This document shows, in pieces, positions 24,746-31,892 of a DNA stretch of 32,000 bases. This DNA is from Thermococcus kodakarensis KOD1 (GTDB taxonomy: Archaea > Methanobacteriota_B > Thermococci > Thermococcales > Thermococcaceae). Each line of letters opens with the position of its first letter. Position 1 is the stretch's first letter. A program made the translations under genes and the position numbers. The notes below the pieces were generated by a model, which worked only from the letters and a program-made list of their open reading frames with translations, was not told where the DNA came from and made no database searches. The stretch covers positions 600,001 to 632,000 of the forward strand of contig NC_006624.1 in NCBI RefSeq assembly GCF_000009965.1, given 5' to 3'.

Positions 24746-25161
24746 TCCTCTATCGGCGGTTTTTCGGTCTTCTTTTTCTGCACCTGCTCCCAGAGGTCGT
24801 CGAAGTTCTCCACGACCCGCTGGAGTGCAAGGTTTAGATCCCTCGTCCTCGTGAAGAATGCCACCTTGTTGGTCTTGTCCCGGATTCTCAGGAAGTTCGG
24901 GCCCATCCTGAAAGCTGCTAAAACGTCAACGTCGAGGAGCTGGCTGACGACTGCCTTGAACTTCCTCGGGTCGCCGTGCCCCTCGTCGTGTTCTTCCTCT
25001 ATGTCTTTAGCCTTGTTGTGCCTCTTTTCGAGGAGTTTTATGCTTCCATCCTCGCAGATTTCGTAGATCGCGAAGAACTCTGAATCACCGTAGTGTGCAT
25101 CTATGAGGTGTTCATCATCTTCCATTCCGAACGCGACTTTGAGGCATCTCTTCTCAGCCAT
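24742..25161 (-). CDS. NifX/NifB-C-terminal-like (dinitrogenase FeMo-cofactor-binding fold) protein, paralog 1
   Basis: The sequence LKVAFGMEDDEHLIDAHYGDSEFFAIYEI...VDVLAAFRMGPN fits the family pattern. The ORF extends to 25212, but a TATA box (CTTATAAAAC) and AGGTGA lie inside it. The start is the ATG at 25161 (or 25167). Confidence 0.6.
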   Translation of the reverse strand: MAEKRCLKVAFGMEDDEHLIDAHYGDSEFFAIYEICEDGSIKLLEKRHNKAKDIEEEHDEGHGDPRKFKAVVSQLLDVDVLAAFRMGPNFLRIRDKTNKVAFFTRTRDLNLALQRVVENFDDLWEQVQKKKTEKPPIEE

Positions 25162-25202
25162 GAGCATCACCTGAAATTCCTTCGGTAGGGGTTTTATAAG
25201 GA

Positions 25203-25216
25203 TTAGGCTCACCGAA
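25203..25216. promoter_or_regulatory. Iron-box-like element TTAGGCTCACCGAA in the divergent NifX-like promoter region
   Basis: It follows the TTAGG-N4-CC(T/G)AA pattern. The minus-strand reading TTCGGTGAGCCTAA resembles 7643-7656 (TTCGGCTACCCTAA). Confidence 0.45.
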
Positions 25217-25228
25217 AACTTTAAATGC

Positions 25229-25242
25229 TGTGCATATGCACA
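25229..25242. promoter_or_regulatory. Perfect 14-bp palindrome TGTGCATATGCACA between divergent NifX-like genes
   Basis: It is flanked by TTTAAAT (25220-25226). It is 33 nt upstream of the ATG at 25275 and 68 nt upstream of the ATG at 25161 on the other strand. Confidence 0.6.
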
Positions 25243-25274
25243 AAATAATAGACGAAAGAATGGAGGTGGTTGGC

Positions 25275-25898
25275 ATGAGGATCGCTGTCCCGACTAACGG
25301 TGGAGGTAGAGAAGACACGGTCGCCCCGGTCTTCGCGAGGGCACCGGCATTTTACATAGCGGACGTTGACGAGAACGGGAACATCGTCAGCGAGAAGGTC
25401 ATTCAGAACAGCGCCGCAATGGCCGGCGGAGGGGCCGGACCAATGGCAGTCCAGACCCTCATCAACGAGGGCGTTGAGGCAATAATAGCTCCTCAGGTCG
25501 GCCCGAACGCACTCGGTGCCATACAGGCCGCTGGTATCAGGCTCTACCAGGTCGCTCCAGGGACACCAGTGGAGGAGGCCATAAAGAGCGTCGTGAGCGG
25601 TGAAGCGGCCCAGTTCACGGCACCCGCTCCGCAGGCTCCCGTCGCTCCAGCGGCCCCTGCAACTCCGGTAGCACCGGTGCCGCCAGCGTACGGCCCAGCC
25701 TACCCGGCTTATCCTGCCTACGGCTACGGTTTCGGCCCTGGTTGGGGCAGAGGCTGGGGCCGCGGATGGGGTAGAGGACGCGGCTTCGGCAGAGGTTGGG
25801 GCAGAGGAGGAAGAGGCTGGGGAGCGAGGCTCGGCTACTGCCCGTGGACAGGAATGCCCAGCAGGAGAACCCTCCGCCGGTATTACGGCTGGTGGTGA
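25275..25898 (+). CDS. NifX/NifB-C-terminal-like domain fused to a Pro/Ala linker and a GW/RG-repeat tail
   Basis: The ATG at 25275 follows GGAGGTGG. The N-domain reads MRIAVPTNGGG...VAPVFARAPAFYIADVDENG...EAIIAPQVGPNALGAIQAAGIRLYQ. The tail reads APAPQAPVAPAAPATPVAPVPPAYGPAYPAYPAYGYGFGPGWGRGWGRGWGRGRGFGRGWGRGGRGWG...LGYCPWTG...RRYYGWW. Confidence 0.8.
   Translation: MRIAVPTNGGGREDTVAPVFARAPAFYIADVDENGNIVSEKVIQNSAAMAGGGAGPMAVQTLINEGVEAIIAPQVGPNALGAIQAAGIRLYQVAPGTPVEEAIKSVVSGEAAQFTAPAPQAPVAPAAPATPVAPVPPAYGPAYPAYPAYGYGFGPGWGRGWGRGWGRGRGFGRGWGRGGRGWGARLGYCPWTGMPSRRTLRRYYGWW
25740..25823 (+). repeat. Coding micro-repeat (GGN-TGG-GGN-MGN units) specifying GWGRGWGRGWGRGRGFGRGWGRGGRGWG
   Basis: Read directly: GGTTGGGGCAGAGGCTGGGGCCGCGGATGGGGTAGAGGACGCGGCTTCGGCAGAGGTTGGGGCAGAGGAGGAAGAGGCTGGGGA. 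Confidence 0.85.
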
Positions 25899-25931
25899 GG
25901 CCTTTCCCTTTAACTTTTTGAGGTGCCCAAA

Positions 25932-26177
25932 ATGCCGCGCGGTTACGGAAGGGGTATGGGCAGGGGTGGAAGATTCGGCCCGTATCCACCCTATTATGGA
26001 GGCTTCTTCGGCCGTTTTGGACTCTACGGAATAATAGACCTAATCTTCCTGCTCCTGATCCTCTACCTGCTCTTCAAGCTCTTCCTAGTGGCTGCGACCT
26101 ATGTTATAGCCCTCGTGGTGCTCTACATGCTCTGGGGCTTCATAAGTCCGAGGAGAGGCCGCTGGTTCTGGCCTTAG
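25932..26177 (+). CDS. Small membrane protein with MPRG-type RG/aromatic-rich N-terminus (DUF5320-like flavour) and two TM helices
   Basis: The ATG at 25932 follows GAGGTG. The sequence is MPRGYGRGMGRGGRFGPYPPYYGGFFGRF, then the hydrophobic IIDLIFLLLILYLLFKLFLVAATYVIALVVLYMLWGF, then the tail RRGRWFWP. Confidence 0.6.
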   Translation: MPRGYGRGMGRGGRFGPYPPYYGGFFGRFGLYGIIDLIFLLLILYLLFKLFLVAATYVIALVVLYMLWGFISPRRGRWFWP

Positions 26178-26208
26178 CTCTCTTTTCCATGCTTCTTTTT
26201 CAGGCCGT

Positions 26209-26919
26209 TCAGTACAGGTTTTTGAGCCGCTCTATCGAGAGGTATGTGAACAGCAGTGTTAGGAATATCAAGATCAGTGCGGAGTAAACGGGATGGACGA
26301 CTTCTGTGTACTTCAACATCGAGAAGCGGAGCCCCTCCACGAGATAAGTCATCGGTGTCAGGTAGCCTGCTATCAAAAACCAGCGTGGAAAGAGGAGGAG
26401 GGAAGCTATGGCACCGCTCGTGAACATCATGGGGAGTCTAAGGAGGTTCAGCCAGGTCATGGCGCTTATCGGGTTCTCGACGACGAGCGATATGTAGAGG
26501 GCCAATCCAGAAAAGGCCAGCCCGCCGAGGAAGGCGTAGCCAACAACCATAGGCACGTTCCAGACTGGATAGACCATGAAGTGTGACACCAGAGCGAGGC
26601 TTACTAGAGCCACAAAGAGGCCGAAGAGGGAGCCGACTAAGAGCTTGGCAAGGATTATCTCGATGTAGCTCACAGGAGCAACGAGGAGGCGTTCAAACGT
26701 TCTGAGCCTCCTCTCGAAGATTATGGACGAGGCCACAAATGAAGTCGTACCGAAGACTATCGAGATCGAGACGAGACCCGGGGCGAGGTGGTCTATGTCG
26801 CCGAAGCGGACTATGAACGCTAACGTGAAGACGATCGGGAACACAACGCCCCAGCTTATTGAGCCCGGCTTGAGGACGTACTCCTTGAGTTCCTTCCTCG
26901 CTATCGTGAGAACCTTCAA
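26209..26919 (-). CDS. ABC-2-type transporter permease
   Basis: It has six predicted hydrophobic segments. The ORF runs to 26943. A TTG at 26919 overlaps the ATPase stop (TTGA) and gives MKVLTIARKELKEY, a typical ABC-2 N-terminus. Confidence 0.75.
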   Translation of the reverse strand: MKVLTIARKELKEYVLKPGSISWGVVFPIVFTLAFIVRFGDIDHLAPGLVSISIVFGTTSFVASSIIFERRLRTFERLLVAPVSYIEIILAKLLVGSLFGLFVALVSLALVSHFMVYPVWNVPMVVGYAFLGGLAFSGLALYISLVVENPISAMTWLNLLRLPMMFTSGAIASLLLFPRWFLIAGYLTPMTYLVEGLRFSMLKYTEVVHPVYSALILIFLTLLFTYLSIERLKNLY

Positions 26920-27860
26920 AGAGGACACCCCCCGCAGCCGCACGCTCCGCCTTTTGGAACCTCTGTCGTCAGCTCTATGAAGACTTCCTCTATGCTCGGC
27001 GCCTCTGTCGAGACCTTCAGGACTTTAAAGCCGAGCTCTTCTCTGAGCTTGCACAGCTCTGCCATGAAGGCGTCGGCATCTGGAACCGTTATCACGATAT
27101 CTCCCTCATCGAAGGTCGGGCCATAAGCTGAGAGGGCATCGAGGAGCTTGTTGGAGAGCGGCTCGACCTGAAGCCTGATCCTCGTCCCCTTCCCAATGAG
27201 CTTCGGAAGCTCCGTCCGCGTCCCCTCGGCGATTATCTTTCCTTTGTTCATTATAGCGACTCTCTGCGGTATCGTCTCAGCTTCAACCATATTGTGGGTT
27301 GTGAGGAAAATAGTCATGCCCCTCTTGTTCAGCTCCCTTATGAGCGCCCTCAGGGCCTTGGCGGAGTGGACGTCGAGGCCGTTTGTAGGCTCATCAAGAA
27401 AGAGTATCTCGGGTTCGTGAACCAGCGCTGCCGCTATCGTTACCCTCCTCTTGAAGCCCGAGCTGAGCTTTCCGAACTTCCTCTTTGCCGGGAGGTTGAA
27501 CTCCTTAATGAGTCTGGCCACGTTCTCCTTTGGAGCGTCGTAGAGGTTTGCGGTGAACTTCAGGTTCTCCTCGACGGTAAGTTCCTCGTAAAGGTTGGAT
27601 ATGTCGGGGACAAGGCCTATCGAGCGCCTAACCATTAGGCCTTCCTTCTTCACGTCGTAGCCGTTCACGTAGGCCTCTCCAGAGGTTATCCTGGTGAGAG
27701 TCGTGAGCATTCTCACTGTCGTTGTCTTTCCGGCCCCGTTCGGGCCGAGAAGTGCAAAGGCCTCCCCGCGCTTAACCGTGAAGCTTATCCCCCTAACGGC
27801 CTCAAAGTCGCCGTATCTCTTCACGAGGTTTTTCGCTATTATTGCTTCCTCCGCAGCCAT
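26916..27860 (-). CDS. ABC transporter ATP-binding protein with C-terminal Cys-rich tail
   Basis: Walker A GPNGAGKTTT, signature-like LSSGFKRR, Walker B ILFLDEPTNGLD and H-loop TTHNM. The C-terminus ends GGACGCGGCPL. Confidence 0.9.
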   Translation of the reverse strand: MAAEEAIIAKNLVKRYGDFEAVRGISFTVKRGEAFALLGPNGAGKTTTVRMLTTLTRITSGEAYVNGYDVKKEGLMVRRSIGLVPDISNLYEELTVEENLKFTANLYDAPKENVARLIKEFNLPAKRKFGKLSSGFKRRVTIAAALVHEPEILFLDEPTNGLDVHSAKALRALIRELNKRGMTIFLTTHNMVEAETIPQRVAIMNKGKIIAEGTRTELPKLIGKGTRIRLQVEPLSNKLLDALSAYGPTFDEGDIVITVPDADAFMAELCKLREELGFKVLKVSTEAPSIEEVFIELTTEVPKGGACGCGGCPL

Positions 27861-28996
27861 ATCAGCACCCCGAGGAGGGCTATCCCGACCAGGATTCCAC
27901 CAGCGATGAGGGGGCTGTAGCCGGGTTTTACTGAGCTTTTCTCTCCCGCGGTTTCCGACTGGCCCTGGGCGGTTGGAGCAACTGAGTAGGCCACTATGAC
28001 GCTGTAGCAGTTGTCTATCTCGTGGGAGCCGTAGTCAACGACGAAGTAGCCCGTGGGAGAGAAGCCGACGTGGTAAACAGTCCCGTTGAAGCTCTCGAAC
28101 CACTCGACCGTCCCGTTGGGGGCTATAAGCTCGACGTTCTTTCCGTAGGCCACCACAGTGTAGCCTTTAAACGTTGCAACGTCGTTGGCATAACTCAGGA
28201 GGGGCGTTGAATAGAGGAGCTTTCCGGCAGAGTCAAGGAGCGTCACGTTCCCCGTCATTCCTGCGGCCGCTATGTACTCCCCGTCGGTTGAAATCGAGCG
28301 GACGTAGCCGTTGAAGTGCCTTTTCCAGATGACTGAGCCGCTATCCGAGAGAAAAATCAACTCGCTCCAGCTCTCGTCCTGCGGAACTACAAGAACTGCT
28401 ATGCCGTTTTTGAGAGGTACAATCTTCCTAACGGCTCCATTAAATGCTTTCTTCCACAGGAGTGTTCCATCGAGCTTGAATACATGTATTCCAGCATTGC
28501 TACCTGCGAGAACTCTTTCACCTGAAAGGACAACGCTCCAGACGTATTTCCCAATGTTCCTCTCCCACTTCAGCTCCCCGTCCTGGAAAAGGTAAACGTA
28601 GCCAGCGGCATCCCCCGCGACGGCGACTTTCCCATCGGCCGATATGGAGACGCTCACAACAGCTTCCCTTAGCTTCCTTTCCCAGAGCAGTTTTTTGGGC
28701 TCCGAAAACGCCTGAACCCAGCTTCCTTCCGTCCCTATCAGGAGGACGTTGTTGTCAGAAAGGGCCGAAGAATATGCGATGCCCCTTGTTGGAGCTTTGA
28801 GGAGGAGCTTTCCCTCGGGAGAGAGCAGCTCAGCGTCATAGCCAAAGGCTAGCCCAACGTAGCCTTTCGAGTTGAAAGAGACCGAAAACGCCGCGCACTG
28901 ATCGGTGTATCTCCACATTTGAACCGGCTCGGCGAGAGCCAGCGGGAGGGTGAGCGTTAGGATCAGCATAAAGGCCGCTGGAAGTCCCAACTCCAT
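27839..28996 (-). CDS. Membrane-anchored PQQ-like/BamB-like beta-propeller repeat protein
   Basis: The N-terminal signal is MELGLPAAFMLILTLTLPLALA. Repeated G-x-(L/V)-x-W-(E/K)-(R/K) blades follow (LLWERKL, ELKWERNI, LLWKKAF, VIWKRHF, VEWFESF). The C-terminal TM anchor is PLIAGGILVGIALLGVLIWLRRKQ. The gene overlaps the ATPase start by 22 nt. Confidence 0.7.
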   Translation of the reverse strand: MELGLPAAFMLILTLTLPLALAEPVQMWRYTDQCAAFSVSFNSKGYVGLAFGYDAELLSPEGKLLLKAPTRGIAYSSALSDNNVLLIGTEGSWVQAFSEPKKLLWERKLREAVVSVSISADGKVAVAGDAAGYVYLFQDGELKWERNIGKYVWSVVLSGERVLAGSNAGIHVFKLDGTLLWKKAFNGAVRKIVPLKNGIAVLVVPQDESWSELIFLSDSGSVIWKRHFNGYVRSISTDGEYIAAAGMTGNVTLLDSAGKLLYSTPLLSYANDVATFKGYTVVAYGKNVELIAPNGTVEWFESFNGTVYHVGFSPTGYFVVDYGSHEIDNCYSVIVAYSVAPTAQGQSETAGEKSSVKPGYSPLIAGGILVGIALLGVLIWLRRKQ

Positions 28997-29067
28997 CTCT
29001 CACACCATCTTTGATTTCAAAACCCCAAAAATAAACCTTCCGCATGGGATCCGAACTCCGCTCGGGC

Positions 29068-29694
29068 TTAGTCCTTATCGTTCTTTGCCACTATGAGCCT
29101 GACCACGCCGCTGTAGTAGGCTTCCTCTTTCTCCACTTTGAAGTGCTTCCTCACGAGCTTGTGGGTGTCCCTCAGCGGGTCGTCGTCGAGGAGAGGCTTG
29201 AGAATGAGCTTCATCGGCAGGAGGAAGAGGTAATTCACCAGCTCGCTCTCACTCTTGGTGTGTTCAAGGAAAATCGCCATTCCATCGGGCTTGAGGACTC
29301 GTTTTATTTCTTCTATGGCCCTTTCCGGCTCTGGAACGGTGCAGAAGACGAAGGAAGAGACAACGGTGTCGAAGAAGTCATCAGGAAAGGGAAGGCTCTC
29401 TGCCTCGGCAACCTTGAACTTTACATCCATTCCAAGTTCTTTCGCCCTTTTCTTGGCCATCTCGAGCATTTTCTCTGAGCCGTCAATGGCGTAGAGCTCC
29501 ACGTCCTGGGGGTAGTACCTGAGGGTCTTCCCAGTTCCAACGCCTATTTCGAGCGTTTTGCCTTCCGCGAGAGAAACCGCACTCTCCCTGAGTGGATTGA
29601 AGAACCTATCAAGCGGCCTTTCAAGTAGCTCGTAAAAGCCCGCTATCCTGTCGTACTTCTCGCGGTACATAAAAGACACCGAAAGGGGGCTCAC
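29068..29694 (-). CDS. Class I SAM-dependent methyltransferase (UbiE/COQ5-like)
   Basis: Motif I is LEIGVGTGKT, and LKPDGMAIFLEH is present. It has a 4-nt overlap with the sufB/D stop. Confidence 0.8.
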   Translation of the reverse strand: MSPLSVSFMYREKYDRIAGFYELLERPLDRFFNPLRESAVSLAEGKTLEIGVGTGKTLRYYPQDVELYAIDGSEKMLEMAKKRAKELGMDVKFKVAEAESLPFPDDFFDTVVSSFVFCTVPEPERAIEEIKRVLKPDGMAIFLEHTKSESELVNYLFLLPMKLILKPLLDDDPLRDTHKLVRKHFKVEKEEAYYSGVVRLIVAKNDKD

Positions 29695-31031
29695 ATGCCC
29701 CCGCTTACAGCAAGCTCGATTATCTTCCTTATCTCAACGAGGAACTCCATCGGGATGTCCTTGAGCATCGGATCGAGGAAGCCTTTGACTATGAGCTGGG
29801 TTGCCTTCTCCTCGTCCAGTCCGCGGCTCATAAGGTAGAAGAGCTCCTCTTCCCTTATCTTGCCTATCGCCGCCTCGTGGCTGAGTTCGGCATCGTCAAC
29901 CCTGCTTATAAGCCCCGGATAGGTCTCCATAACCGCCTTGTCGCTCATGAGGAGTGCGTCACAGCTTATGTGTCCCTTCGTCTTCGGAGCGTCCGCCTCG
30001 ATGATTCCCCTCGTCACGACGGTGCTCTCGTCCATTATGACTGCCTTGCTAGCGTTGATTCCGCTCGCTCCCGGCCCCTGGAGGAACATCCTGCCGCCGA
30101 GGTCAACGTAAAAGTCCTTCTGGCCGAGGATTATGCCGTTCAGCTCGACGTGGCCGCCCTCCTCGACCCAGTAGTGTGGATCTCCTATGTTGCTCTTTCC
30201 AGAGCCGAGGGTTACCGTCGTGTTGATGAAGCGCGCGCCCCTCCCTACCTTTGCTCTCGTCATGGGCCTCGTGTGGACGTACTCCGGCCAGTTCTGGAGG
30301 ACTGTGAGCTGGGCCTTCGCCCCCTCGTGGAAGTAGGCCTCAGTCATGTCGAGATGTAGGGAGTGCTTGAGGAGTATCGGAGCGGTACAGCCCTCGATGA
30401 GGTGGAACTCGGTGTTCCTCTCGGCTATGATGATTATGTGTGGCGCCTGGGCCAGCGCACTCTCCTGGATGAGGAAGAACAGGTGCAGCGGGAAGGGAAC
30501 CTTCAAGCCTTCCTTCACGTAGAGGAATATTCCGCCGTTCCATACTGCCGTATGATAGGCAGTAAGCTTGCTCTCGTCTGCGCGGAAGAGCTTGAGGAAG
30601 TGCTGCTTGACTATGTCGGGGTATTTTCTAACGGCCTCCTCCGTCGGGAGGACTATGAGGCCCTTCTTGGCCCAGTCCTGCAGGAACTGGTTGTATATGA
30701 CGCCCGTGTCCGTCTGAACCGCAAGCCCGGCTATGTACTTCTGCTCCACCTCGCTTATGCCCAGCCTGTCGAGGAGGGCCTTCATCTCTGGCGGGAGGTC
30801 GTCGAGGCTCTCTATATGGTCGGGAAGGCCTTTTACCTCTGGTTTGGCTATGAAGTGAAGGAGCTGCTCCTCGCTTATGACAGGGTCTTTGTGAGGTGCC
30901 CTCTCAAAGGCTTCCAGCGCCTTGTACCTTATCTTTGTCATCCACTCCGGCTCTTTGTTCCTCCTTGCGAGCTCTTCAATCTGGTTCTCGATGATGGCCT
31001 TTGCATCGGCCATTGTTATAGTTTCAGTCAT
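29691..31031 (-). CDS. sufB: Fe-S cluster assembly scaffold protein SufB/SufD family
   Basis: 446 aa. The C-terminus DDAELSHEAAIGKIREEELFYLMSRGLDEEKATQLIVKGF is the classic SufB/D ending. It overlaps the sufC stop by 4 nt. Confidence 0.85.
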   Translation of the reverse strand: MTETITMADAKAIIENQIEELARRNKEPEWMTKIRYKALEAFERAPHKDPVISEEQLLHFIAKPEVKGLPDHIESLDDLPPEMKALLDRLGISEVEQKYIAGLAVQTDTGVIYNQFLQDWAKKGLIVLPTEEAVRKYPDIVKQHFLKLFRADESKLTAYHTAVWNGGIFLYVKEGLKVPFPLHLFFLIQESALAQAPHIIIIAERNTEFHLIEGCTAPILLKHSLHLDMTEAYFHEGAKAQLTVLQNWPEYVHTRPMTRAKVGRGARFINTTVTLGSGKSNIGDPHYWVEEGGHVELNGIILGQKDFYVDLGGRMFLQGPGASGINASKAVIMDESTVVTRGIIEADAPKTKGHISCDALLMSDKAVMETYPGLISRVDDAELSHEAAIGKIREEELFYLMSRGLDEEKATQLIVKGFLDPMLKDIPMEFLVEIRKIIELAVSGGM

Positions 31032-31768
31032 GCTCCCACCTCCTCGAATATCCTGGCAAACCCTTCGCGGTCTATCTGGTCAACGAGCTCGCCGGAGCCG
31101 GTCTTGACGATCCTGCCGTCCTTCATGACGTGAACCGTGAGCTTCTCCCTGTCGAGGTGGCCGAGGATTCTGCCGTAGTGTGTGATGAGGAGTATCGCCG
31201 TCCCGCGCTGGTGGAGCTCCTCTATCTTCCTGCTGATTATGCTGAGGGAATCCACATCAACGCCACTGTCCGGCTCATCCAAAATGAGAAGCTTCGGCTC
31301 GATGAGAAGTGCCTGAAGTAGCTCAAGCCTCTTCCTCTCACCACCGGAGAAGCCAACGTTCACGTAGCGGTGAAGGTCTTCCTCCTTGAACCAGAGCTCC
31401 TTGGCCTTTTCAACTACGAGATCGTAGGCCTCAGCGGGGTCCATTCCCTTCAGCTCCACGAGCACCTGCTGGAGGAACTCTATGACCTTAACTCCTTCGA
31501 CCTCGGGTGGAACCTGAAACGCGAGCAGAATCCCCCTCTTCGCCCTCTCGTCGGGACCGAGTTCGGTGATGTCTTCCCCCTCGAAGAGGATTTTTCCATC
31601 GGTAACTCTGTACTTGGGATGACCCGCTATCGTCAGGGCCAGCGTTGACTTTCCTGAGCCGTTCGGCCCCATGATTACATGAAACTCACCCGGGTTAACT
31701 TCAAGATCTACGCCCCTTAGAATCTCCTTGTCCTCAACTGAGACGTGAAGGTTCTCAACTTTGAGCAT
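31028..31768 (-). CDS. sufC: Fe-S cluster assembly ATPase SufC
   Basis: Walker A GPNGSGKSTL, signature FSGGERKRLELLQ, Walker B LILDEPDSGVD and H-loop ITHY. The ATG at 31768 (MLKVENLHV) follows GGAGGTGA. The ORF-track start at 31846 includes the promoter. Confidence 0.9.
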   Translation of the reverse strand: MLKVENLHVSVEDKEILRGVDLEVNPGEFHVIMGPNGSGKSTLALTIAGHPKYRVTDGKILFEGEDITELGPDERAKRGILLAFQVPPEVEGVKVIEFLQQVLVELKGMDPAEAYDLVVEKAKELWFKEEDLHRYVNVGFSGGERKRLELLQALLIEPKLLILDEPDSGVDVDSLSIISRKIEELHQRGTAILLITHYGRILGHLDREKLTVHVMKDGRIVKTGSGELVDQIDREGFARIFEEVGA

Positions 31769-31833
31769 TCGCTCACCTCCGTGGGTAACGTTGATGGGAC
31801 GTTTTTTAAGCATTTTGGAACAGACTTGTGTAA

Positions 31834-31872
31834 TGAGCATATGCACAAGGCTTTTAACTTAGGCTTTCCTAA
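31834..31872 (+). promoter_or_regulatory. Promoter module: TGAGCATATGCACA operator-like element, GCTTTTAAC TATA box and TTAGGCTTTCCTAA iron-box-like element (31859-31872)
   Basis: The sequence is TAATGAGCATATGCACAAGGCTTTTAACTTAGGCTTTCCTAACTCCGATGGAGGTGAAGGACATG. It is a twin of the 7643-7684 module. Its box and downstream part also resemble the radical-SAM promoter (TTAGGCTAACCTAACTCCGGTGGTGGT). Confidence 0.6.
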
Positions 31873-31892
31873 CTCCGATGGAGGTGAAGGAC

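Noticed and set aside
25740-25823. G-runs (GGGG-N8-GGGG-N8-GGGG...GGGG) that could form a G-quadruplex.
   Set aside because: The pattern is fully explained by codon repeats for the Gly-Trp-Gly-Arg tail. The fourth run needs a 26-nt loop, and there is no independent evidence for a structural role.
31769-31846. A 26-codon extension of sufC. The 5471-5536 extension of mazG and the 9612-9683 extension of GAPN are similar cases.
   Set aside because: The extensions contain the TATA boxes and operators of the same genes. Internal ATGs have proper GGTG-type Shine-Dalgarno sites and give canonical N-termini.
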